From the NCBI RefSeq assembly GCF_006345805.1, contig NC_043010.1, forward strand, positions 62,496,001 to 62,560,000: 64,000 nucleotides of DNA, in the 5' to 3' direction. This document shows, one piece after another, positions 52,560-64,000 of the stretch (position 1 is the first letter of the stretch; each line of letters starts with the position of its first letter). A model generated the notes under the pieces. It was given only the letters and a program-made list of their open reading frames with translations, searched no databases and was not told the origin of the DNA. The DNA comes from Octopus sinensis. Lineage: Eukaryota. Made by a program: the position numbers and the translations under genes.

Positions 52560-53378
52560 ACGAAAAGAAAACAAAACAAATAAGCCCCATCGCCGTCGCC
52601 TCCCTCTTCCCTAAAAAAAAAATCTCCTTAGAAACCTGTGGCCCTTGCAAGAAGGAACTCTCCAGCGTGAGGAGAAAGATAAATGCGAGACATGAGAGAG
52701 AGAGAGAGAGGCGGAGTAAAAGAGAGGGGAAAAGAGAGAGGGAAAGAGAGAGTGAGAGAGAGGCGGAGTAAGACGAACGTCAAAAACAAACAAAAACACA
52801 TAAATGGCGGAGGAAAAAAAAAACAACAAAAACATGTCAAAAAATAAGCTTCTGACATTTTTAAATGGTTTTTGTTTTGTTTGTTTTTTAGAAAACCGAA
52901 GCTAAATTCGGATCGGAAGACAGAGTTGAGGTCGGATGACGATTAGAAGCGTAGGAAAATGGTGAATAATGAAAATTAGTGAAAATTCCTAAAAAATATA
53001 TGTTGATGGTAAATAAATGTACGTGAAAAAAAAAAACACAAAAAGAAGTAAAAAAGCTGTAAAAAAGCTTGATATAAGTCTGTCTGTGTGTCTTGTAGAT
53101 TTCTCCTTATCTCCCCCTTGCAGTTTTCCAGACATTTGGCTGTTGATGTCTATATAGTTAGTTCAGCCCAACAGCGCCCTTTTTTTAAAAAAAGAAAAAA
53201 TATATAGAAAGAAAGGAAAAAAAAAACCAAAGTGTAAAAAAAAAAACAAAAGTAACAATTAACAAAAGTCAGTAAAAGAAAAGCAAAAAAGAAAGAGACA
53301 AAAAATCCACGCTGCTAAAAGCCAAGCCAAGAGAGACCCGACTTCGCAAACAACCCAAGCACCTTGCTCAGCTCAGCA

Positions 53379-53410
<32 letters not shown>

Positions 53411-54790
53411 TTTCTTTTCTCTCTCCTTCTCTCACACGCTCTTTCTTTTACCCACACCTTATATCTCTCTCTCTCTCGCCCTCTTTCTTTCTCTCTTTCC
53501 CCCCTCTACCACTCATTAGACATACATACACATACATTTACATATATATATATATATAATATATATATATATATAATATATATTTATATAATATATATAT
53601 GTAATATTTATATATGGTTGTTTGACATCAACTGTGCGCATCAATCTATATATATATATATATATAACATGTATATTATATATAGAAAGAAAGTGAGAGA
53701 GAGAGAGAGAAGTCCCCTCCCCCCACAGTCTATGTCTAAATAGTTAAGGCACACTTCACACTAGAGAGAAAGAGAGGGAGATACGCTGTCAGGGAGGAAT
53801 GCACTCAATACGGCCGCTATTTAATCAGGTTGGTGTAACTAACAGTAATTTTCATTAATAACTATTGCCGCTGTCGCCGCCGCCGCCGCCGCACTACTGC
53901 CTCCACCATCTCCATCACTATCATCATCATCAATGCTACAATCGCCTCCACCAACACCACCAACAACAACAACAACCACAACACTTTACACTATCTCTGA
54001 CATCAATGTTTTTGTTGACGCCGCTCTTAAAAATAATCACCATTTCAATCATCATCATCGTCATCATTAACATCATCATCATTATCATCATTATCATCAT
54101 CAGCATCATCGCTATCATCAGCATCATTCCCAGCCCCCTAATCGTCATCATCATAACCAGCAGCATCACTATTATTGTCGTTATCATTCCATCATTATCA
54201 CCATCATCTCCACCCTTATTATAATAACTGCATTTCAGGGGGGAAAAAAAGCAAAAAAAACCCTAAAAAGCAAATTCAGTCTTGTTTATTCGTTTCTCTT
54301 TTCGTGCTTGTCAATTCTACTTCTTATGTGTCCCGTGGGGGTCGGTCGAACGGTTTTCATTCTCTGCATCCACCCTTGGCCATTAACGGCATGCTTCATT
54401 CCCCGTTCATTTTCAATTAGAAATGTCTGCGAGCAAACTTCTCCCGCTGGTGTAAGTGACGTTTCAGGTCGTGAAAAAAACAAACAAACAGGGGTCTCCT
54501 GTAGACGAGTGCCACACCCTGTCAGTCACACCCATTTCTCCGCTTCAGCAACAGCCGTCCTTACTTTGTTTACCCTCTCCGATCTTCACCCTGGGTGAAC
54601 CGACAACAACTTTGTGAAGCCGCTATCGGATCGCAAAGTTCCGTCCCGAAGTTCCAACCTGAATCAATAACAAAAACATGCAATAGGAGAAAACCACATG
54701 CCTCGTATATATGCACCTTGATCGGCGAACCCCAGCTATTTCGGCCAATATAAGACTGTCAATCTGTGAACTGAAGGGGGCGATCCCTAA
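52560..54790. promoter_or_regulatory. Candidate promoter / 5' leader region of an unidentified host gene
   Basis: Transposon-free, CpG-retaining unique sequence with CT/GA tracts, a (GCC)n run and a CRE-like agtgacgt near 54437. No coding exon was identified and the orientation is uncertain. Confidence 0.25.
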
Positions 54791-54793
54791 CTC

Positions 54794-54794
<1 letters not shown>

Positions 54795-54851
<57 letters not shown>

Positions 54852-54970
54852 TTATCTATCTATCAATCTATCTATCTATCTATCAATCTATCTATCAATC
54901 TATCTATCTGTCTATCTATCTGTCTATCTATCTATCTATCTTTCTGTCTGTCTATATATCTGTTTGTCTA
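54795..54970. repeat. (TCTA)n tetranucleotide array
   Basis: Direct reading. Confidence 0.95.
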
Positions 54971-55174
54971 TCTATCGATATGTCTGTCTGTCTGTCTTAC
55001 TGTGCATATGTATGTACGTATGTATGTATGTTTGTATGTATATAATCCATATCGATCCATTTCTGTATATCCATCTATATATTTACAAAAATACAATTGA
55101 ACAAGCATATAAAATATGTGTGACGATTTTTATTTTGTACATACACGCGCGCACACACACATATGTATGTATGC

Positions 55175-55270
<96 letters not shown>

Positions 55271-55297
55271 GTCTATGGGCATGACCCCTCTTCACAC

Positions 55298-55373
<76 letters not shown>

Positions 55374-55387
55374 TATAAGCGGGTGGT

Positions 55388-55420
<33 letters not shown>

Positions 55421-55757
55421 GCATGTATGTATGTATGTATGTATGTATATTATATAATCGGGTAGTTGCAAGATGTCAATGCGAGGAAATAGTAAGCTTA
55501 TTGAAACGGGTAGGTGTAAGATCATCAATACCCGCCAAATCTTATCGCTTGTACCCACCCTGTTTGCAAAGTGGTAAAATTGGCAAAGGCGCGAGGTTAC
55601 AAGATTTTAAACCGTCTGCTTAAAATATCTTCTTTGCTGTAAAATACCCCCCTACACACACACACACACACATGTATATATACATACATACCTACATGCA
55701 TATATATATATATATATATACACATACATACATACATACATACATATATATGTATGC

Positions 55758-55805
<48 letters not shown>

Positions 55806-56348
55806 TATGTTCTTTCACTCATATTTTTGGTTCTGTGAATCGTTCTGGTGAATGTATTTTACTTTAAGGAATTTCTTCCAAGCAAAAAATATTTTGTCAT
55901 TATTGACGTTTTTTTTTTTATTATTAATATTATTATTTCCTGTGACAATAATTAGCTTAAATAATCAGCATAGAATCGCACGTGAAAAAAACCAAACAAA
56001 AAACTATATTATAACCTATAAGTATTTCAGATCTATAGACACATTTCAACAAAGAATATGGTAACTACACGTCTATTAATATATATATGTATATATATAA
56101 CGGAGCCTTGTGTGTCAGAAAGAAATCAATATATAAGTGTACATGTGTGTATCTAGATGTATATGATGCGGGTGTGTGTCTGTGTGTGTGTGGTGTGTGT
56201 ATAAATATATCTCCACCTCGTATTCGAAGCAGTTTTTCTGCTTATGTGGGGTTCGTATAGGCCTGGTTCCACCACGGACTTGGTATGTGTATATTTGTGT
56301 ATCTATATGTATGTGTGTTCGTCAATGTGTGTGTGTGTGTATGTATAT

Positions 56349-56400
<52 letters not shown>

Positions 56401-56521
56401 ATACATATACACATGTGTATGTGTGTATATATGTTTGTGTAGTACTGTGGTTCTTGACAAAAAAACATTCAATAGGATTAAACGCTCATACAAAATGTAT
56501 ATCTGTATATGAGTGTGTGTG

Positions 56522-56579
<58 letters not shown>

Positions 56580-56754
56580 TAGATAGATAGATAGATATAT
56601 AGATATATATGTATGTATGTATATACATGTATGTGTTTATATGTATAATATCTATATATGTGTTGCATATATGTATACACTCATACATAATATTAGTTTT
56701 TTTCTACATATCATATATTTATAGTATACATCTTGTTATATATATGTATATATA

Positions 56755-56814
<60 letters not shown>

Positions 56815-57221
56815 ATATATATGATATATGATATACATATGTATGTATATAATTTATGTCCATCTAATATATATTCTATATTTAAAATATACATTATATA
56901 TTACACATGATGAGTATGCTTTATATATGTAGTTATATGACATTATACATTTCAATCTCTGTGCCCAAATGAATTGTTGTATTTTGGTACAGTCATTTTT
57001 GCCATTATGAAACACATGCACTGTTAATTACTTCATTCTTCTTTATTTTGTTTCAATCTATTGGTATTGATTTCTGTTGCTCCACCCCTACCACCTTGTC
57101 TCTGATCTCCCTCATTCCGTAAAACACACCTCGGCGATGCACAATAATATCCATTTCAAGACAGTTTCAAAACAATATCGCTTTTTCCATAACGCATAAT
57201 AAAGGTCTGAAAGCATATGTC

Positions 57222-57253
<32 letters not shown>

Positions 57254-57447
57254 TATTTATGTATTCATATGTAGATATATGTATGTATGTATGTATGTAT
57301 ATATACATATGCATATGTATGTATATATACATATGTATATGTATGTATATATAAATATATGTATATATATATGTATAAATATATATGTATATATACATAT
57401 ATATAGATATATATGTATGTATATGTTTGTGTGTGTGTCTCTCTCTC

Positions 57448-57486
<39 letters not shown>

Positions 57487-57561
57487 CATACACACACATA
57501 TACTAGAATGTCTACCAGCTGATGTATGTCATTTCTGTATCCTCTCCATTTTCTTATTTGC

Positions 57562-57598
<37 letters not shown>

Positions 57599-57878
57599 TA
57601 TATATATATATATATATGTATATGTGTGTGTGTGTGTGTATATATATGTTGAGGGGCCTGATTTAGCGGTTAGGGAGTTGTGCTTTTGATTAATTCCAGG
57701 ACACCGGGGCAGTGCGTTGTGTTCTTGCACACTGCCCCAGTCCACTCAGCTGGCAATAATGAGTAAACCAGTGAAAGACCGGTGTCCCGTCCAGTGGGGG
57801 AAATATATACACCACAAAATCTGGGAAACCCGGTCTTATGAGCCAATGGCATGGAAAAGACCTTTCATCCTTTGACAT

Positions 57879-57913
<35 letters not shown>

Positions 57914-58923
57914 CACACACACACATATATATATACACACACATATATATATATACACACACACACACATTTATGTATAAACATTCACCACTAAGTTGTC
58001 TCCCTATTCTGCAATATTTTATTACATGTTTCAGTTCTTGGTAAGGAACCACATTTTCAAGGGTACCTTGTCAGTCATATCAACCCCAGTAGATATTTCA
58101 AAGTTGTACTTATTTGAGTGATGTCCATTTATGAAATGGCTAAGTACCCTTATCATATAAAGGAACACCACTACACATGCATCTATCTGTCTGTCTGTCT
58201 ATCTGCCTATCTCTCTATCTTAGTCCGTCTATCTGCCTATCTATTTTTCTACATGTGTGCATATATGTTTGTGTGTACTTTTTTGTCTTGACATCATGTG
58301 ATGGTTGTAAAGAAGTGTCACTGTCATACAGGTGGTGTTGTTTATTTCTATTCTTCTATGAAAATCATGTCTAGTTATGGGGAAATATTACCTTCCATAG
58401 TGCCCCCAGCCAATGTCAGTGCCTGTGACACATAAAAGGCACTGCTGCCTGAGTGGCACATAAAAAAAATCATTTGAGTATGGTCAATGCCAGTTCCACC
58501 TGACTGGCTCTTGTGCCGGTGACACATTCAAGCATGGTTGAAGTGTCACTGTCATACAGGTGCCAGCATGGAAAGTGAATGTTAAACAGTGATGACAATG
58601 ATGGTGAAAGAGGTGGAGGTTGGTGATGGGAGGGGTATCTGCCTCCACAAATTCTGTCTGAATCCTCTAAATGCTGAAAAGTGGACATGAAATGATAATG
58701 ATGATGATAGATTATTGACTTGTACGGTTTCTCTGCCAAATTCTATTGGTCAAGCATTAGTCAACCGAAGGCTATGCAGAAGCAAAACCATACTGAGGAA
58801 ACCGTGTAAGGGTTAGGGGCTGAACTTGCAGTCTCATGTTTACTAAATGAACTTTTTAGACACTTAATTTTTATATATCTTCTTAATAATTGTATATTAT
58901 ACACATATATATACATATATATA

Positions 58924-59389
58924 CAGGGTGGCCCAAAAGTAGGTTTACAGTTATCATGTAGGCACCTTAAATTTATTTTAAAACATTTTTTTATATTTAA
59001 ATTTCTATCTTAAAAATTGAAAAAGGAACTTGACAAAATTAACTCAATTAACATAGAATAATGGTTTCATATACTGTTGTGTCTGGGGAGAGTCATTTTC
59101 TTTTTGTGCCTTTTGCAAGATGCAATGAAAATTTTAGGAAAATAAAAATAAGAAAAAAAAGTTGAAATTTTACCGGTGAGCGTGTTACATTATAAGGCAC
59201 AAAAAGAGAAACACTCTCCTCAGACACAACAGAATATGCTTCAACACACAAACTCATATAAAGAATCTTGCAAACCAAATCCAAAAACGAAATGGTTTCA
59301 TATTCTTTTATAATTAAGATCCAAACTGTTAATATATTAATGCAAAAGAGAAAGTAGAATAACTGTAAACCTACTTTGGGGCCACCCTG
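58924..59389. mobile_element. Tc1/mariner-type MITE, 466 bp
   Basis: 31-nt TIRs cagggtggcc(c/a)aaagtaggtttacagttat with one mismatch. TA on both sides (58922-58923, 59390-59391). Confidence 0.9.
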
Positions 59390-59977
59390 TATACACACAC
59401 ACACACACACACACACATACATATATAGGCTCAGGTGTGGCTGAATGGTAAGTAGTTTGCTTCCCAACCATTTGGTTCTGAGTTCAATCCCACTGCATGG
59501 CAACTTTGCACAAGCGTCTTCTTTCTATTATAACCCTGGGCCAACCAAAGCCTTGTGAGTGGATTTGGTAGACAAAAACTGAAAGAAGACAACCGTGCGT
59601 GTGTGTGTTTGTGTCTCCATGTCTTCACATTGCATAACAGTTGTATATGATTGTCACTATTGTAGAACAGTGTCATTCAATTCCAATGTTCCGTGAAAAC
59701 ATGCCTGGCCTTGGGGAAATATTACCTTAGTTGGAAACAGATGAAGGTTGGTGACAGGGAAGGTCCCCCAGCCATAGAAAATCTACCTCAACAAAAGCTC
59801 CACATACAAAGGGCTTCTTTTAACTTCCATCGATCAAATCCACTCACAAAGCTTTGCAGCAGCTGGGGCTGTAATAGAAGACACTTGCTCGAGTTAGGGA
59901 ACTAAACCCAAAACCCTATGGTTGGGAAATGACCTTTTTTTTCAACCATATCGCCACACCTGCACCTATGTCATATA

Positions 59978-60280
59978 CAGGGTGGGCCAAAATGATCTGA
60001 CACATTTGGAGGCTTAATAAAAGCACAATATAAGAAATAATGAAAAGAAAAATTTTATTTTCTGAATGTACATATAATGCCATTTTATTTCATTAAGTTT
60101 TAAAAATGAAATCAGCATTGTTGGAGACGTTCATGAAAGTTATCGATAACTCTACGGATCATTTCTTCTGGAATGGTGAAATATGATTTCTTGTGGGGAT
60201 ATTTAAAATCAAAAGTATTCAGTCATCGCCTTTGATCTATTGATGAATTAAAATGTGTAATTTGTGTAGAAATAGCAACT
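59978..60280. pseudogene. Rearranged 3' relic of a Tc1/mariner transposon
   Basis: TA|cagggtgggccaaaa terminus at 59978. The minus strand gives TIPEEMIRRVIDNFHERLQQC…DFIFKT*, and the adjacent plus strand gives YDFLWGYLKSKVFSHRL*SIDELKCVICVEIAT. Confidence 0.75.
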
Positions 60281-60324
60281 GCCAGGTGCCAGTCAATAAT
60301 ATAATATATATTAATAATATTTAT

Positions 60325-60601
60325 GTATGTTGCCAGCCAGCCTCGCCTGGCCTCCGTGCCAGTGGCACGTAAAAAGCACCATCCAACCGTGGCCGTTTGC
60401 CAGCCTCGTCTGGCACATAAAAAGCACCCACTACACTCATGGAGTGGTTGGCGTTAGGAAGGGCATCCAGCTGTAGAAACAGTGCCAGATCAGACTGGAA
60501 CCTGGTGCAGCCTCCTGGCTTCCCAGACCCCAGTCGAACCGTCCAACCCATGCTAGCAAGGAAAGCGGACACTAAACGATGATGATGATGATGATGATGA
60601 T
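60325..60601 (+). mobile_element. Family R (RTE-like tail) element
   Basis: Same body and (GAT)n tail as 7372-7697. Confidence 0.85.
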
Positions 60602-60884
60602 GTTCCTATATTGTTAGATATTCAACCAGTCTAATCCTGGATGTTTTTATCCCTTCGAGGTTTATATCCTCACCTGTACTTTGATGTGTGTGTGTGTGTG
60701 TGTGGTAGGAAATTTGCTTCTCAATCACATGAGTGGGCTGGAACAAAGAAAAATAAAGTGTCTTGCTTAAGGACACAAAACACTGCCAGGAATCGAACTT
60801 ACAACCTTACAATCAAGAACTGAATACATCTAAACCACTAAACCCTGCACTGTCACCACACACACACATCATGATCATTTAAAG

Positions 60885-61768
60885 CAGTGGTTCCCAAACT
60901 TTTTCAGGCTGCTACCCCCTCAAAATGCAGGCCCCATTCCAAGCCCTCCCCCCCAGCTCTCGTGTTTATTCCTTCTCGAGCCACGCCTGTCTCATAAGGG
61001 CAGGTTTCCCAGTTTCCTTGGCGTATAGGTTCCCCACCTGGACGGGACACCGGTCCGTCGCAGGTGAGCTGCAAGATGCAGGAGTAAAGAGTGAGAGAAA
61101 GTTGTGGTGAAAGAGTCACCAGAAGTTTGCCATTACCTCCTACCGGTGCCGCGTGGAGCTTAGGTGTTTCGCTCATAAACACACACATTGCCCAGTCTGC
61201 AATTCGAACCCGCGATCCCTTGACTGCTAATCTGCTGCTCTAACCACTAGGCCATGTGCCTCCCCCCACCTCTCATAAGAAGGTCATAAGGAGGAAACAA
61301 TAACATGGAAGAGAGATCCAAAGTCTGGCAGTTCAAGTTCAATTCAAACCAACTGTATTTCAGAAATAGAACTTAATCTAATTGACCCATTAATTGGGGG
61401 CGTTTTTATACATTCATCACCCACTTTTGGGCCACCCCATTATTTTTTTTTTTTTTCCCACAAGGGGCTAAACACAGAGGGAACAAACAAGAACAGACAA
61501 AGGGATTAAGTCGATTACATCGACCCCAGTGCGTATCTGGTACTTAATTTATCGACCCCGAAAGGATGAAAGGCAAAGTCGACCACGGCGGAATTTGAAC
61601 TCAGAACTTAGAGATAGACGAAATACCAATAAGCATTTCGCCCAGCATGCTAACGTTTCTGCCAGTTCGCCGCCACCCCATTATTGCCCTACTTTCTTTC
61701 AATGCCCTCCTGGATCTTTCTACCACCCCCAGGAAGCAAGGCTGCATCGCCCAGTTTGGGAACTGCTG
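60885..61768. mobile_element. hAT-type MITE shell containing nested SINEs
   Basis: Termini cagtggttcccaaact / agtttgggaactgctg. Flanks atttaaag / atataaac (6 of 8 match) are a possible eroded TSD. SINE B' and SINE C copies lie inside. Confidence 0.5.
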
Positions 61769-62593
61769 ATATAAACTCTGTATTTGGTGGGGTCATGGGA
61801 GTTGAGCAGTTTAAGAAGATCCACCAAGCCAGAAGACTATGTTGGTGTCCAATGTCTGCTTTAGCAAGGTTTCCCAAGTGGGACGAGTGGTTTCTATGGC
61901 ATAATACCTTAAGGTACAAAAAGGTGGATAAAGAGAGAACAAAGGCAGAGAATTGAGGATGGCTAGAGGGGTAAGTAGGGGGATGAGCTGAAGTGTAGGG
62001 GACACAGGGTCCGTGTTCGTGCTGGTGGCACGTAAAAAGCAACATCCGAATGTACTCAATGCCAGCACCGCCTTGACTGGCTTCCGTGCCAGTGGCATGT
62101 AAAAAGTACCAACCGATCATGGCCGTTGCCAGCCTGTCCTGGCCCCTGTGCTGGTGGCATGGAGTGGTTGGCGTTAGGAAGGGCATCCAGCTGTAGAAAC
62201 ACTGCCAGATCAGACTGATGATGATGGTGATGATGTGTCTTGTGTATATGTATCATCATCATCATCATCATCATCATCATTAGCAGCAGCATCATTAGTT
62301 TAGCATCCACTTTCCCATGCTTGCTTACTCGAATAAGAGAGCAGTTATTTAGGCAGAATTTCTGGGGCTGAATACCCTTTCCATTGCCAAGCCTCACCTG
62401 TTTCCAAGCAAGGTGATATTTTCCCATAACCAGATATATTTTGGAGGGAGACTGGAAATGAATAATGGTCGTTTATAATGATCATGTGATGGCAAAACTA
62501 GGAGGTACAAACACCCAGACATAGTACATTATCTACCTGTCTGTCAGTCTCTCTCTCTCTGTATGTATGTATATATATATATATATATATATA

Positions 62594-62788
62594 TACCGGA
62601 GTAAACACATAAATGTGAAACAAGGTGGAAAAAAGAGTACTCAAATACCAGAGGTAGAGTAATATGCTTTATTTAAAGCAGCAGAAAATTCAACAAAATC
62701 TGCTAGCAAAAACTGTCTGATGAACGGCAACGAGAAACTCAGAGTAACAGATTTTGTTGAATTTTCTGCTGCTTTAAATAAAGTATAT
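62594..62788 (+). mobile_element. Penelope-like fold-back element with a hammerhead at 62713-62750
   Basis: Inverted arms 62662-62705 / 62745-62788 with a perfect 36-nt core. The hammerhead reads ctgt CTGATGA a cg gcaa cg a GAAAC tcaga GTA acag. (TA)n flanks. Confidence 0.7.
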
Positions 62789-62795
62789 ATATATA

Positions 62796-63128
62796 GGCGC
62801 GTGGCTCAGTGGTTAGAGCGTCGAGCTTACGATCGTGAGGTTGTGAGCTCGAATCCCAGACCGGGCTGCGTGTTGTGTTCTTGAGCAAGACACTTTATTT
62901 CACGTTGCTCCAGTTCACTCAGCTGTAGAAATGAGTTGCGACGTCATAGATGCCAAGCTGTATCGGCCCTTGCCTTTCCCCTGGACAACATCGGTGACGT
63001 GGAGAGGGGAGGCCGGTATGCATGGGCGACTGCTGGTCTTCCATAAAACAACCTTGCCCAGACTTGTGCCTCAGAGGGTAACTCTCTAGGTGCAAAACCC
63101 ATGGTCAGTGTCTGACCGAAGGGGGTCT
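62796..63128 (+). mobile_element. tRNA(Arg)-related CORE-type SINE (octopus OR-like; family name tentative)
   Basis: Head ggcgcgtggctcagtggttagagcg…ttacgat…gagctcgaatccc. The central cttgagcaagacactt…cagttcactcagctgtagaaatgag resembles the CORE domain. Confidence 0.75.
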
Positions 63129-64000
63129 CTCATATTTCATCAGCATGACTTGGGCTCATCACACATTTCGCATAAAACATATGCCTGCTCAAAGAATTTC
63201 ATGTTTTTCTGCTTTATTTCTAGCCCCAAATGGCTTATTTTTTATATCTTGCACTATGTTTTTCTCCATTTCTAAGTTAAGGGTAAAAATAAAGCAACCC
63301 TGCAAAACACAAATGGTCTTCAGACACAGACACACAGAATAACAGCAATCAAATAACGACTTTTGCCTGTACTCTTGACAAGAGATACCAGTTAGGCTTT
63401 TACACCTACCAGGCTTGTTCCTTTAAAAATATTGTAGAACGGAATCTTTTCATAGATTGCAATTTAAACCCTAATCTTTATAGAAATTTATTGCTTCTAG
63501 AAAACATTAAATTTGAATTGCTATTAAATTTTTATGATTATAGATAACAACTCGGGCTGTAACTTCTGAGCCCCGAGTCAGTCACGTGTGAACGATGTCG
63601 AGAGAACGTCAGCTACGAATGATATATTTTGACACAGGGCACCTCTAAGACGACCACCAGACAGTGAGCAAAAGTTAATGAACCGCAACCAGGCTCAATA
63701 AAAGGATTCTGAGTTATTGGCTGCAATTACATACTTGAAGTCAGTGTTCGTAGAAATTAAATCAGCTTGTAAAAGCACGTTCACTTTACTAAATTTATAC
63801 AGGGGTTAAGCCCAAACAGCCCGAGTGCCGGAATCACCATTGATATGTGTGTGTGTGTGTGTGTGTATATATCATCATCATCATCATCATCATCATCATT
63901 TGATGTCCATTTTCTATGCTGCATGGGTTGATGGGTTGGACAGTTTGACAGGAGCTAACAAGGCCAGGAACTACACAAGGGTCCAGTTGTCTGTTTTGGT

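Noticed and set aside
51377-52650. Long ORFs (up to 257 aa) rich in Y/I/C/M/V
   Set aside because: Translations of the CATACACAGACA(TA)n minisatellite, with no protein-like complexity.
62796-62870. tRNA-Arg-like sequence
   Set aside because: The acceptor stem is not closed and it runs directly into a SINE body, so it is a SINE head rather than a tRNA gene.

Overview
Repeat-dense, AT-rich animal genomic DNA. The SINE families and the TA/CA/GATA microsatellite load match those of octopus, but the species cannot be determined from this window. I recognise no host protein-coding exon. Almost all ORFs in the track are translations of microsatellites or SINEs. The window contains: (i) dozens of tRNA-derived SINEs from at least three families; (ii) RTE-clade LINE fragments and many RTE-like 3' tails ending in (GAT)n; (iii) a HERO/R2-superfamily restriction-like-endonuclease relic; (iv) decayed Tc1/mariner transposases (Tc1 DD34E-type at 22.2-23.2 kb, maT/DD37D-type at 47.8-49.0 kb, and smaller relics); (v) TA-, TTAA- and 8-bp-TSD MITEs. 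The most notable signal is about a dozen minimal type I hammerhead-ribozyme folds from several distinct Penelope-like or retrozyme-like non-autonomous families, mostly next to (TA)n tracts. In two unrelated families an inverted duplication ends at the same register, 2 nt from the predicted self-cleavage site. Other points of interest are a candidate recursive splice site, sharp CpG-retained versus CpG-depleted domains, and an internally inverted mariner relic.
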